Shown: in pieces, positions 47,907-61,508 of the stretch
Position numbering within the stretch: position 1 is the first letter of the stretch
Layout of the letters: the number at the start of each line of letters is the position of its first letter
NCBI GenBank assembly: GCA_028023455.1
Contig: JAQFVV010000003.1
Span: 25,172,001-25,236,000 of the forward strand
Direction: 5' to 3'
DNA length: 64,000 bases
Source: Epiperipatus broadwayi
Lineage: Eukaryota; Animalia; Onychophora
The notes under the pieces: generated by a model
What the model was told of the DNA's origin: nothing
The model's input: only the letters and a program-made list of their open reading frames with translations
The model's database searches: none
Program-made: the position numbers and the translations under genes

Positions 47907-50699
47907 TATGTATGTATGTATCAGAAATGAATTAACAATTATCTCAACATGTAAGTACAAGAGTAGGTAAATTCCCTCTCTTCAAAGAGACATTTTTCTT
48001 CTGCAGTTGCACTCAAAACGAAAATTATCAGAATACATCAAAGCGCATGGAATAGGCAGGAAGAATAGGAAAGGATTAGAATAGTTACTGTTGTAAATAT
48101 AGAATCAGAGCATTTAAATTAGTTAAAAGAATTAATGGTTTAAAAACTAAAAAAACAGCAACATATAATATACATATACATGTGTATATGTTTATGTGCA
48201 TGAAAAATAATTGGTACAAATTAATTTTAAGAGAAATATAAAAGTAAAACATATCAGAAATATATTCATTCAAAATTATTAATTTTTTTAATTTTGTTAC
48301 TAAATATTTAAATGAAAGAAAAACTAAAAGTAATTTTTTCTTTTTCTTTTATTTCTTAGGAATTAAGATTGTTTTAAAATTGATTAGAATGTTAATTATT
48401 ATAATTGAGGATGTTTCTTCGGCAAAAAAAATTAGATAAAATAATTATTTTACAGTATTATTATTAGATGAAATACACAGGCTTATATACACCTGTGTCT
48501 ATATATGTAATAGACAGGGTATGAGCACAGACTTTCACATGACCCACCACTATTATTATTAAAAGAGAATAAACTAAAAATAAACTGCTTAGATCAAAAT
48601 TTTATAGTTATAAATTAGGTTCTTATGTATTAGTCTGGTGGTGAGATTTCACACTCGTATTAGTCAGGTGATAACTTATTAACCTTGCGATCTCATAAAA
48701 TAACAGCTACATGGAGTCTTCTGACAAACTTAATCCATCAATTCTAATAAATGATGATATGTAACTTTATTTGGTACAAAAGGATGACCTATGCCTTTAT
48801 TTAGTGGAAATACACAAACACGTGTTTACACTTTGAATCAAGTCGAGTTATTTGTAAAAATGAGAGACTAACCTTATTTCATACAAAATGGCATCTATAA
48901 CTTTATTTACTGGAAATAAACGAATACATATTTATGTTTTGTTTTTTGTGCAGCATTGTACATTTACTCCAATAAAAAAGAAAAGTAAACTATTGTTTTT
49001 TATAATCACTGGAACGGACTGAAGTTTTTTTTACGTTATGCAAAATGCAAATGAAAAAATAGCTATGATTTATATGAAAATGATCTGCAAGGTATCACTT
49101 TTGCACAACTTTGCATTTTTCTCAGGATAAATGCAACATGCACAAACTTTTCAAAAATAATTCCAAGGTATAACAATCTTTTAAAAGTAGTGGAGAATTG
49201 CATCATCCTAAGTACGGCATTCCCCAAATTTTAATCATTTTTATTGGATAAAAAAAATAGTTAAAATTCTTTCGGCAGGATTTAAAACTGAACATTAAAT
49301 CACACGTACACCTTCCTTTCATCAGATGATCGATTAGTCATCCCATAATCTTTTAAGCCATCACAGCATATTTAAAATTATAAAATTAGCAGTGAATCCA
49401 ACATTTAACTAATAACTTTTTTTGATCGGTATATTATCTAAATTTTTTTCCATGTGTCATAGCATCGACCATTAACGCTTGACTATTACCTAATATTCAC
49501 TTAAAAAAATTAACTCATTTCCTTTTTATAAAATTGTAAATATGTTTAATTCAGTCTTATATATGCATTTATTTGTGCTGGCAACTTTCATCATCTCTAG
49601 ACTAATATGTAAATCCCATAAATTATTTTAATATTTAAAAAAATGTTTTCAATTAAATTTAAATCCTATAATTATTCTAGATTAACTACTAAAGAATTCT
49701 TTTAGGATTTTAGTTTGATTAATTAAAGAGAAAAATTCTTTTGCACTAATCAATAAAAATAAAAGCTTGTCCCCAAAGATAATGAAATTCTAGATAAAGA
49801 TAGACTTTGGTAAAAGAGTATAAATTGTTGGAATGCAGTTTGAAAGTTATATTTGACTATTTGTTAGTCTGCTTTCAGAACACATTATATATACTTGTTT
49901 AATAAGATTTAATTAAAATTCTGTGTATCAATAATTTCACCCTCTGTGATCAAGTTGCAATCTTTAGTATCTATATAAGCATATTAGACTCTAATCAAAG
50001 ATGAATTTTCATTTTTATTGTTAAAAGGAGGTTGCCTTGACAACATACTGAAATTGTTTATTGTATTGATATTGGTCCTATTTAAGTGTTGACTGCTTTC
50101 AATGACAGCAGCTCAAATTATATTACAGAACTGCTTGGTCAAAAAAAGAGTAATAATTACTATGTTAGATTGATTAATAAATTTATGTATTGCCATGAGT
50201 GTGTGAGCATTGATACTTAATATACAATGTGTATCTAAATTTTACTATTTTGAGAAATTAAAGAGAAATAGATAAAAGAAAATTAGTATATAGACTTCAT
50301 AATTCTATCAAATATTTTGTAAACAAAATGTGTTTTGTAAAATTAAAGTTAATAAGATGATAACTGGCATTATATGAGGGGGAAAAAAGAACAATTAGAT
50401 AATCTGTTGAAAAAGAAATTAGATAGTTTATTTAAGTTTTAGTGCACACGGATGAATAGTTTGGGATTTAAAGAAGTAATTTACCTTTTGTTATAGTAAA
50501 CTGAATAGCAAATTTTAATATGGTATTAAAAATTATAAAGCATTAAAGTTAAAAAGATTATAGAATAATTTCAAAGTTTGTCCATGATTTTTCTTTCTTC
50601 TTATCATTACTGTAAATAAATAAAAACTATTTTTTATATCATATAATCATTTATAAAACTATAGAATGAAGAAAATATTTATACATGTTAATACAAAAC

Positions 50700-52748
50700 T
50701 AGTGAGACAAAAATTATTAAAAAAAACAATATACACAATTGATATTCCTAATCTTTAGAAACATTCCAATGAATTTAAATTAGAACTTGCAAATCATATT
50801 CAAATATTAACAGATTTTGAATATGCTTCAATTTTGAATGAAATCAAAAGAAAAATAACAGCAACAAAGATAGTTGGTAGAAAAAAGCAACAATTGACCA
50901 GTAAAATTTCTGAGACTAGAAAATTTATGAAGAAAGGAAAGAATATAAAAATATATAAAAATGTTGCATTAAAAAGGGTTGAATATCTCGAATTTTGTAA
51001 AATGGTATGAAAAAGAGTTGATAATGATATAGAAAAGTATAATTGTGAACTAGCAAGGAAAGATATAGAAGAGAATAAAAGTCTCAAGATTGTAAAACAA
51101 CAACTTGGTATTGGTAGGAAATGTATTTTTGTAATAATAAAAAAAGACGGATCTATTACTAAAAAGTGGGATGGCATCATGAAATGTGTAGAAGAGTTCT
51201 ATCAAGAATTATATAGCAATAAAGTACAAAGAAAAATATTCCTGCAGCTATTATATCTTCTGAATTGCCAAGAATATTAAGTAGAGAAAGTGAGACATGC
51301 AATTAAATTTATGAAAAAGGGAGAAGTTCCAGGTAATGATGGAATTATAACCAATATCTTAAAAGAAGCAGGTGAAAAAATATAACAATTTTGGCAAAAT
51401 CATATACCAAATGTCTAAATGATAAAGTTGTACCAGATGATTGGAAGAATGCTGTATTAATATTAATATTTTAAAAAGATGATAAAGAGATATTAAAAAT
51501 TACAGACTTATCAGACTTTTATCAGTTCTATACAAAATTTTTACTAAAAAATTATAATTTGTCTACAGGGAACTTTGGATTTAAACTTATTAAAAGAATA
51601 AGCTGAATTTAAAAGTAATTTTTGTACAAGGGATTATGTTGAAGTATTGAGAGAACTAATGAATATGAGTTGCCATTATTTTTTGAATTTGTAAATTATA
51701 AAAAGGCATTTGATTCTATAAGCATTTCTTCAGTGATTAAAGCATTGAAACATCAAGATATAGACTAAAGATATTGTCATACTTTAAAGAATGTTTATAA
51801 AAATGCAACAGCAATGATTAGATTACATAATGATACTAGGAAGATTAACATTGAGAATGGTGTATGACAGGATGATTCTATATTTCCAAAACTATTTACA
51901 GCAGTTTTGGAAGAAGTATTTTATGGATTAAAATGGAAAGTTAAGGAAATAAAAGTAAATGGAAATTATTTAAGTCATTTACATTTTAAAGATGATGTAG
52001 TTGTTTTTGCAAATAATGTTTTAGAATATCAGGAAATGTTACAAGAGTTATCAGATGAAAATAAAAAAATAGAATTAAAAGTAGATGTTAGACAAACTAA
52101 AGTAATGTACAATGGATTTTCACAAAAGAAGAAAACAAAAATGGATAATGATGATGTAGAAGAAATTAACAACTATAAATACTTTGGCCAGATTATTACT
52201 ACAGGTGGAAATATAATGGATGAAATTAACCAGAGAATTAAATTTAGTTGGAGTGCTTTTGGTAGATATAACTTAAAATATGCATATATGTTTGAAATGG
52301 AAAGTTTTTAATAAATGTGTTTTACCACTTCCTACTTATGGATCTGAGATTTGAACACTTAACAGAAGAGAAATACAGAGACTTTAGACCACTTGATGAA
52401 GTATGGGATAGTGCAGGTTAGGATAACAAGAAGGGATTGAAAACAAAATATATGGGTGAGAGAACAAACATGTGTTACTGACATCATTGAAAGAATTAAG
52501 AAACTGAATGGAGTTGGACTGACATATTGATAGAAGAGGTGATAATAAATGGACAATTGAAATCTTAAATGAAATTCCAGAGCTTGTAAAAGACCTAGAA
52601 TGAGAGCACATGTGAGATGGATAGATAAAATAAGGAAGGGTGCTAGTGTGATGTGAAAGAGAGGCTAGAGATTGGAGAAAATGAATTGAACTTGGAGAGA
52701 CCTTCATCCTGCAATGGGCTGATAATGTTTAATATGATGATGGTGATG
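50700..52748 (+). mobile_element. RTE-clade LINE, 5'-truncated and decayed (RT region to 3' tail)
   Basis: EFKLELANHIQIL; GEVPGNDGII; YRLIRLLSVLYKIF; HLHFKDDVVVF; YKYFGQ; ends with a short (TGA)n-like tail. Homologous to 54600-56700. Confidence 0.92.
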
Positions 52749-54599
52749 TCAATAAATATATTTATCTTGCTATCTTCAGTTACTTAGATTAAGGTAGGTG
52801 TGGTCATCACGAATTTCTAATACTATTGGTAATCTCTCTGCACTAAGATTTTCATCCTATAATTACAAACACAGCAATTATAGTTTTTATCACTTTTTTT
52901 TTGATTGGCTCTAAATTTTTTTTTTCAAAGTTCTGAAGTTAGAAAGTGAGTAGCCACTAATGTTTTGGCGATAAAGGGTAACGCATAACCATATCTAAAA
53001 GTGGCATAATTCGAAATCAGATTCGAACGTAGAAATTAGAGAGACCTGTAATTATCGAGCCACTAACAGATAAATACATTGTGTGTTCCGTAAGCTATCT
53101 TCATCTGTAGTTTTCAAGAAATAATCCTTACTTCTCTGTCAGTAGGATGCCAAGAACCCATGCTAAAAGTGACATGTTTTTAATACTTGAGTCACCAACA
53201 ATTCTCTCAACAAAACAACTTCTGTTAAAAAACAAAACAAATCCTAAAAAACATTTCTAAACTGTTTTCTTTATTTCATTCATATAAGTAGATTTGGTTA
53301 AAACTTTGCAGCCAACATGAGTCTGTTTGTCAAGAAACGGTTATACAAATTATTAATGGCAACGGTGACATGTGACTAGGCTGAGATAAAACAGGAAGCT
53401 AATTTTAGTCTGGCGCGTGCAACCCCTCTTGAAATTAGCTTAATTTCTCCCCTATATTCACCAAAGCAAGAAATAAGACCTAGAAAGAGTGTCAGTAGTG
53501 AAGAACAACCGCAGAAAGAAATACTGCAACATTAGATTTTATTTCTGGAGTGAAAAGCAGATTTAGTTTCAATAAGATGAGGATAAAATAAGCTGCTGCT
53601 TAAGGGAGCAGTTTAAAATCATTTCATTACATATCAAGTCTTTTTCTAAAAAGAAGAAAACATGTACAAGAGTGCTTTTATATGCATGCATATATGTATG
53701 TATGAAATAGAAGAGAGAAGGCTGCTAAGTGATATTTTGAAACGATTCTCCGAGTTTTAGATTAGTATTTACCCCCTCTTTAAGATAAAAAAAGCATAAC
53801 GTTAAATAATCATTGCAAAGCTTAGATAAAAATAAAAAATAAAAGATTATTTACAGCCTAATCAACGATCAGTTTGGGAACATTTTAAAAAGTTTTATTC
53901 CTTCTAGTCTGACTAAACAAATTAGAAAACTAACTTAATGGACCAAAACCTTCTACCATAAAAAAAATCCTTAGTTTGCTTGGAAATTATCTGTCTGAAA
54001 AAAAAAAAAATGCTAAAGTTCTGCCCAGACACAAATCTTAAGTAGTGGGCATATTAAGTAGGTATGCTACTCATTGCGTCATCATTCCCAATCATGTAAA
54101 GATAAGTCTGGAAATTAAAAAAATATACGTCAAATTTTTTAATTTGTTTTAATACATACTATATTTGATAGAGTTCTCTTCCAAATAAATAAAGAAATAA
54201 ATGGCAAAGACACATTTAGTCATTTCCCAATCAACAGTAAAATCAATTAAACTAAGGAGTTGACTCATTGGATAAAATAGTTTCTAGTGAAAAAACTATT
54301 CCTAAATCTATTGAATTTTAAAACATTGAAGCTTGAACACAACTCATCTTATTTGGTAACTAATAATACCATAACATAAAATAGCTTTGATTGGTACAAA
54401 TTCTGTTATTGATTTGAATTTTTAATGTATAATGTTTGAAAAACACCTGCACACACACGCGCACTAGAATTTACTAATGAGACAATTGGTTTTCAGTAAA
54501 TCTCTGTTGGGAATATTTTAAAATAAGCTCATATCCTTTGCTTATTAGTATGGTAATAAACTTTTATATTAATCATTTTAGTTAGTATATATGTTGGCT

Positions 54600-56700
54600 T
54601 CATCATCATCATCAACCATTATCAATCCACTGCAGGATGAAGGTCTTTCCAAGTTCAATCCATCTTCTCCAATCTTCAGCTTCTCCACTCCACATCACCC
54701 CTGCACACGTTCTTATTTCATCCATCCACCTCACATATGGTCTCTTTCTGGATCTTTTACAATCTCTTGGAATCCAGTTTAAGATTTCAATTGTCCTTCT
54801 ATTATCATCTCTTCTAGCAATATGTCCAGCCCAACTCCACTTCAATCTTTTAACTTTTTCAATGAGGTCAGTAACACCTGTTTGTTCTCTTACCCATACA
54901 TTGCGTTTTCGATCTCTTCTTGTTACTCCCAACATGCATCTCTCCATACTTCTTTGAGTGGTCTGAAGTCTCTGTATTGCTCTTCTATTAAGTGTCCAAG
55001 TCTCAGATCCATAAGTAAGAACTGGTAAAACACATTTGTTAAAAACTTTTCTTTTCAAACACATAGGCATAATTCCTTTCAGTATCAAGTTATTTCTACC
55101 AAAAGCACTCCAACCAAGTTTAATTCTATGATTAATTTCATCCATTATGTTTCCATCTGTATTAATAATCTGACCAAAGTATTTGTAACTGTTAACTTCT
55201 TCTAATTCACCATAATCAATCTTTATTTTCATATTTTGAGCAAATCAATTAAACATTACTTTAGTCTTTTTAACATTTATCTTTCATTTTATTTTCCTAC
55301 TTTCATCTGATAACTCCTGCAACATTTCCTGAAGCTCTGAAGCATTATTTGCAAAAACAACTACATCATCTGCAAAATCTAAATGACATAAATAATCTCC
55401 ATTTACTTTCACTCCTTTAGTTTCCCATTTTAATCCACAAAATACTTCTTGTAGCACTGCTATAAAAAGTTTTGGAGATATGGAGACACCTTATCTTACA
55501 CCCTTCTCAATGTTGACTTTCCCAGTATCATTATGTAATCTAATTGTTGCTGTTGCATTTTTATAAATATTCTTTAAAATATGACAATATCCTGGATCTA
55601 TACTTGATGATCCAATGCTTAAGTCACTGAAGAAATGTTTATAGAATCAAATGCCTTTTCATAATCTACAAATCCAAAACATAATGGCAACTCATATTCA
55701 TTTGCCCTTTCTATAACTTATCTCAATACCTGAATATGATCTACTGTACTAAAACCACTTTTAAATCCAGTTCGTTCTCTTGGTTGGTGGAAATCCAATG
55801 TTCTCTGTAGACGAGTTGTAATTATCTTGGTAAAAATTTTGTATAAAACTGATAAAAGGCTGATAGGTCTGTAATTTCTAATATATTCTTTATCACCTTT
55901 TTTAAATATTAATATTATTACTGCATTCTTCCAATCAACTGGTACATCTTTATCATTTAGACATTTGGTATATAACTTTGCTAAAATTTTTTCTATTTCT
56001 TCACCTGCTTCTTTTAATATATCAATTACAATTCCATCATTACCTGGAGCCTTTCCTTTCTTCATACATTTAATTGCATGTCTCACTTCTTCATTTAAAA
56101 TTCTGGGCAATTCAGAAGATGTAATAAATATAGGAGGTACTTGTTCTTTATTACTATATAATTCTTGATAAAAGTCTTCTACCCATTTTATGATGTTATC
56201 TCTCTTTTTAGTAATAATTCCATCTTTTCTGCTTATTGCAGATATAAATTTCCTACCAATACCAAAATGTTGTTTTACATTCTTGAGACTTTTATTTTCT
56301 TTGACAGATTTCTTTGCTAGTTCACAGTTATACTTTCTTATATCATTTTCAAATCTTTTTCACACCATTTTACAAAATTTGAGATATTCAATTCTTTTAA
56401 ATGCATCATTTTTGTATATCTTCATATTCCTTCTTTTTTTCATAAATTCTCTAGTCTCAGTAGAAATTTTATTGGTCAATTGCTGCTTCCATGTCCATTT
56501 CCTTTTAATATTTTTCTCAAAAAAAAGAATTCATAATATAAAGTTTTTCTTTTTCTGCAAATTCCACAAGTCTATGTCCTCTCTCATTTCTATTACCACA
56601 ACCAAAATTACCTACAGCACTTTCATCTTTCATTTGTTTACCAATTCTAGTATTGATATTATAAATTTGTATTTGCTTATGAGTACACTAAAAATCTTCA
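54600..56700 (-). mobile_element. RTE-clade LINE, decayed, with part of the APE domain, an internal deletion, RT and (TGA)n tail
   Basis: APE fragment RIGK...VGNFGCGNRNERGHRLVEFAEKEKLYIMNSFF (about 56650-56520); KAPGNDG, YRPISLLSVLYKIF (ORF 55718-56110); HLDFADD; C-terminal ETWTL...LKWSWAGHIARR...RW.DEI (ORF 54612-55232); tgatgatgatga tail at 54600-54614. Confidence 0.95.
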
Positions 56701-56959
56701 TTTCTGATTAGTTACATTAAACGTATACTGCAATTATTACTTATATTTATTTAAGGATTATGATATTTTTTGGTTCATATAAGACTGTGAATAAAAAATG
56801 ATTTTCACTCTGGATAGTATATCCTTGCTGACAGCATATTGAAAATACCATAAATACATTTGTTTGTGTGTAAGCCATTTTCCATTTTAAAATCAAATGA
56901 TAGCTTTTCTAAAATATTTAATATATAAATTTTTTTTACAGTACAGACCTGCACTCCAA

Positions 56960-57320
56960 TATGTAATATTTAGGGGGTTTGAACTCAGACTTTCACACAG
57001 GGCTAGGATCTATCCAACTTTTATACATGTACACTGAAAGGAATTGTTAGCCTTTTTGTTTGAATGTTAGCTTATGATATTATAGATTTACATTTGCTTA
57101 GTACCAGCTAAAATTTGCTTTTAATTAATTACTTTAATTGTTTATATATGTATGTGCTCACTTGTAAATTGAATTGGAGTTGTTTGCTATAGATGAATAG
57201 TAAACTATGATGATGAAGACATATATGGCTAAAGATCTGGACCAATGGATGATGGCAAGTTCTGCCAGAAACCATATTTGTGATCATTTGCTTTTGACAC
57301 ATGTCTTTATCCATATGTTT
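56960..57320. mobile_element. Diverged family B-like locus B4 (minus-strand outer end plus a plus-strand HHR region)
   Basis: gggtttgaactcagactttca at about 56976 matches the family B terminus. Plus strand 57234-57290 carries gatctggaccaa...tgatcattt and a following cttttgacacatgt. Confidence 0.6.
57234..57290 (+). ncRNA. Family B-like hammerhead variant with a different stem II
   Basis: gatctggaccaa TGGATGA TGGCA-agttc-TGCCA GAAA ccatatttg tgatcatttg. Perfect 5-bp stem II and intact GAAA; CTGA box and stem III mutated. Confidence 0.55.
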
Positions 57321-60229
57321 TAAGAGTGTACTGAATTTAAAAATTTTATTATTATAATTTCATTCACAAATGTTATTTCTGTATTCACAACTTTGATATT
57401 AACTTTTGTCCATGGTATTTGTTAATGTAATAGATATTTTAAATCAAATTCATATTTTTCTATGATCAGTGATATTCAAATTTAATGACTAAGAATAGGA
57501 TGCTCTCTCAAATGTACTCAATGGTTAGTTGCTCGTTAGGGTTAAGTGATATTTAAACACCTACAATGAATATATAAGAGTTCCAGTCAATTCATTAGTT
57601 GTTTTTTTATTTATATCACTCAGCTGATATTGATGCTAGGATTCCAGCTCTGAGCCCTCCCCCCTACTATACCATTGCTCTAAGCCACACAGGGCAATGA
57701 TGAATTATTAATCACTAGCAAATGCCTAGTTTTGAAAAACAAACAAAAAACAATGCCTTTTCCTCCAGAAACATGATTTATCACAGTCATGGAATTTTTA
57801 ATTTTTATCAGTAACATAGACATAATTAAAATGCATCAATATTTTTTCTATTCTTTTTTCAAAGATAGCCTTTCACATTCATAGAGAATCAAAGTAAATA
57901 CTGTAGACTGAATAATGCCAAATCTTCTTTTTTAAATATAATCGTTTATTCAAAAATACTTTTAACATCGAATTTATGGTGATCAATAATAATAAAAAAT
58001 ACAGAAAGATTATTTTGAAGCATTTTTTTTTTTTTTTTGTATATAAAAAAAAGGAGATGCTTTTATATATATTCTTTTTTAAATTTTAATTAGCAACATA
58101 AAATATAAACAATTTTATGTATAACTATATAAAGAAGTTTAGAAAGACTTTCTGTTACATCATATTGTAGGGGTGGGGAACATTTTAAAGGTTGACATAT
58201 TTAGCGAATGCATCTAAGTTCCTCCCGCTGACACTTCAGATTGTCTGCTGAAGTAACTAACATTAGTTGGGATGTGACAACGTTGTCTTTTTAAAATCCT
58301 ATTTTATGCACGAGGACAACTGGTGTCCTCAATCAATAAATATTAAGAAAAAAATGGGGAGGGGAAGAGGAGTGGAGGCTAAGGAAAAGCGAAAAAAACA
58401 AACAGCTGTCGGTAATGCCCCGCAGATGAACTATTTTAGTTGTTTATTCTTCCACATATGTCTGAAATAGATTTGTATGTATATACGCAAACATATTATA
58501 AAAAATGTTCTAACAAAAAAGATATTTTGGTAAAAAAAACACAAATTGACATCAACTTGATAGCATCGTCAAATAAAAATAAACTACTCGAGACATCATC
58601 AGTTGTGTATTGGACTTGCCCAAACATATAATCTAAATACAGTATACAATATTAAAAATAAAATGCGAGGTTCACTATTATAAAATAAACCATTAAAAAT
58701 TGATAACATTAGGGAATTATATAAAATCTGTTGAAAGCAACGCCTATGAATACATAAATGTATTTTATTCACTTATTTAAAATTTTGATGATCAACAAAA
58801 ATTTTTAGTGCTACGTTCGTCTTGAACTGTTGTTAGTGCAATATAAAAAAAATAATAGGATGGTTATTCTCTCATAAGGTCACATGATGTAAGCGCTCCA
58901 GAAGTGATAAGTTGAATTTCGATCCAAAAACCTGTAGTTCTGAAGTCCATCACTCTGAAGCTAAAGATCTCTGATATGGTTTAGTGCAACAATGACCCAA
59001 GAGTTAACAAATTCATGATTTGCAGCTCAATTTTGTCACTTCAGGATTCAAACACAGCCATAAAGTGAGAAATCATTTAATTATTTTTATTAGTGCAGGA
59101 ATAAGAGTGGAGGAATAAAATATTCAAGATTTTAGATCAATACCCGATTAAAGGAAGAGTAGAAGGATTTTCATTAAATTGAATGGAAATATTTATATTC
59201 AGTCTGCCAATTAAATGATGGAATGTCACATGATCTGGAATAAAATAACAGCGTGATTATTATTTTTGATTATAATGTCCGAATCAAATACAAACTTTTG
59301 TTATTCCTTATAATAAATGTAAACTTTTGTTACTCCTTATAATTTTAGATTAATATTTGTATTTTATTGTTTACATTTTTTTTTAAAATAAAAGATTATA
59401 ACTTTACACTATAGCAAAAAGCACAATGAAAACTGGTACTTTTTATTTTAATTGAAATCTTAAAAGTATTATGATATTTTTCTATATCAAAAAGTTAAAT
59501 AGTTATTATAAGTGCCTATTATAAGATATAGTTATTAATCTCGGAAGTATATATAAGTTTTACTCTTTGTTTTTTTTTATTAATATTTATAAAAAGAAAT
59601 TAACATATTTCTAACATATATATATATTCTAAATTGCACACACTAGTATATAAAAAAAATCATAATAATTTTGACATTATGCAAATACATTAATAGTACA
59701 CTAAAAAAAATTACATTATCCAAAAAAAAATGAATATAAATTTTGTTTGATATATACCTACACATTCTATAAATATTTCAAGATACTTTTGAAAGTCTTA
59801 TATATATACACCTTTTGCACGAATAGTTTACATGGTATTTATATTTAAATCTAAATTTTATATTACGCTTGTTACACTAATATTTGAACAATAAAACCAT
59901 GTTATACCATTGTGCAGCTGAAAAAAAAAGTAGATTGCAAGTTTTGTTCACAATATTTTTGGGTAAAAATTTCAGGAATTATAAATTTTGATGTTTAAAC
60001 TATTCCTAGTTTTTTTTTTTTTTTAAGTACATTATATTTTTTATTATTGAATATAATAAAGGTATGTATAATCACATAGTTCTGAATGTATAAATAGTTA
60101 TAGATGAATGATAGGGAAGGAAGTATTTTATATATTTTGAAACAATTGCCTATCGTTTTTTGAGTATATAGTGAAAAACAAACAGACTTAGAGACAAATT
60201 TGAAAAATGTGTAGTAATTCTTCTGGATA

Positions 60230-60618
60230 TCTGTGATACAAACACTTAAGCTTGGGATTTAACTTGAGCTGGTTTATGAGGAAGTTATTGATACAGATTA
60301 TATCATACACTTGATTGAAATGGAATTTTAACCTTCAACGAAGAACACACAAATTGTAGAATCTGACTAGAGTTTTAGTAACAGATAACACCACTAAATG
60401 AGATCTCAACTAGGAATCTGACATTATGTTGATCTAATAGATCAACTTCTCAAAACATGATCTGCGAAAAATATTCTGCTAACATACAGTAATGTAATAA
60501 AAAATGGTACAGAGGCTGTATGGTTACTTAGTTTTGCAATATATATTTTGGTTCTTATATAGGTTGCAAAAAAATTACAACATATTAAAATAAGGTGTTT
60601 CTGTGAGAGACCCAGGTA
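60230..60618 (+). mobile_element. Possible 3' remnant of a Tigger/pogo-like element
   Basis: Ends agagacccaggt(a)|TA, matching the right terminus agagacccaggt(g)|TA of 46368-47389. No left TIR found. Confidence 0.25.
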
Positions 60619-61352
60619 TATGCTTTTTTTAAGCATTCAAGAGTTTATTAATAGTAATCTTAAATAAATCACATCTATGGTTTATAATATTCAAGTAGAG
60701 CATTAATTATATTATTAATTATACAAACTTTTAGAATAGATTAAAGCAATTTTGGATTTTCACATTAATTTTATCCTCTATAAATTGCTTCAAGTAGTGA
60801 CTTAATTGCAATTTAGATTGATTATTAGAATGCTTAGAAATGATTTAAGGATTCCCCATAAAGGGTAATGTCAAGTTATAGTCTGTGTACAATTCATGAT
60901 TGTAAAGATGTATTATGAATCTAATCATTGTTTGGAATTGTTTTAGCATATGCAGAACCAGAGTAATATTCACAATTCCTCTGAAGACTATTAGAACATT
61001 GATAACAAAAGATAACAGAGGGATAGCAATTACAAGATATATATAGAACTAGTAGGTTTATATAAATTGCAAACAGTAAGGATGCAAGTGGTACATTCTG
61101 GGAAATACCTCAACTAGGATTAAAAAACATGGAATAGATACATGCAATTCTTCAGTGACTGTTAGTGAAATAACTCTAGATGACAAGTGCAAGATATTGA
61201 TAAAATGTGTTGAACCAATGTTTTCAATTTACTAGATCAAATGCAGCTTAAATTTAATTTGACATAGTCTGAAAAAGATGGTGATCTTTTATTATATAAT
61301 TGGAAATAGAGAGTTTGAGAAAAATAAAATCATTTAATTTTAAAACCATAGC

Positions 61353-61508
61353 AACTCTCCATACAATAGTGCCACTTAGAGCAAGCCATAGTAATCAATG
61401 GATGCTTGAAGATTTGATTACTGTCTTGTACTGTGTGGCATTACTATATAGAGAGAGGTGCAAAGTGCTTTAACAGCTTGTATAAGTATAAGAAATGGTA
61501 AACGTGAT
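61353..61508. mobile_element. Family C short fold-back remnant (no HHR)
   Basis: aactctccatacaatagtgccacttagagcaagccatagtaatcaatggatgc (minus arm) joined near 61412 to ttgattactgtc...gtggcattactatatagagag...taacagcttgtataa (plus arm). Confidence 0.75.

Noticed and set aside
49270-49350. Minus-strand CTGATGA near a B-box-like motif
   Set aside because: No stem II or properly placed GAAA, and no A box.
52384-56711. Antisense ORFs over the RTE copies (52384-52707, 54591-55028, 55965-56168, 56190-56711; also 50800-51180)
   Set aside because: These are reverse-frame read-throughs of LINE sequence, not genes.
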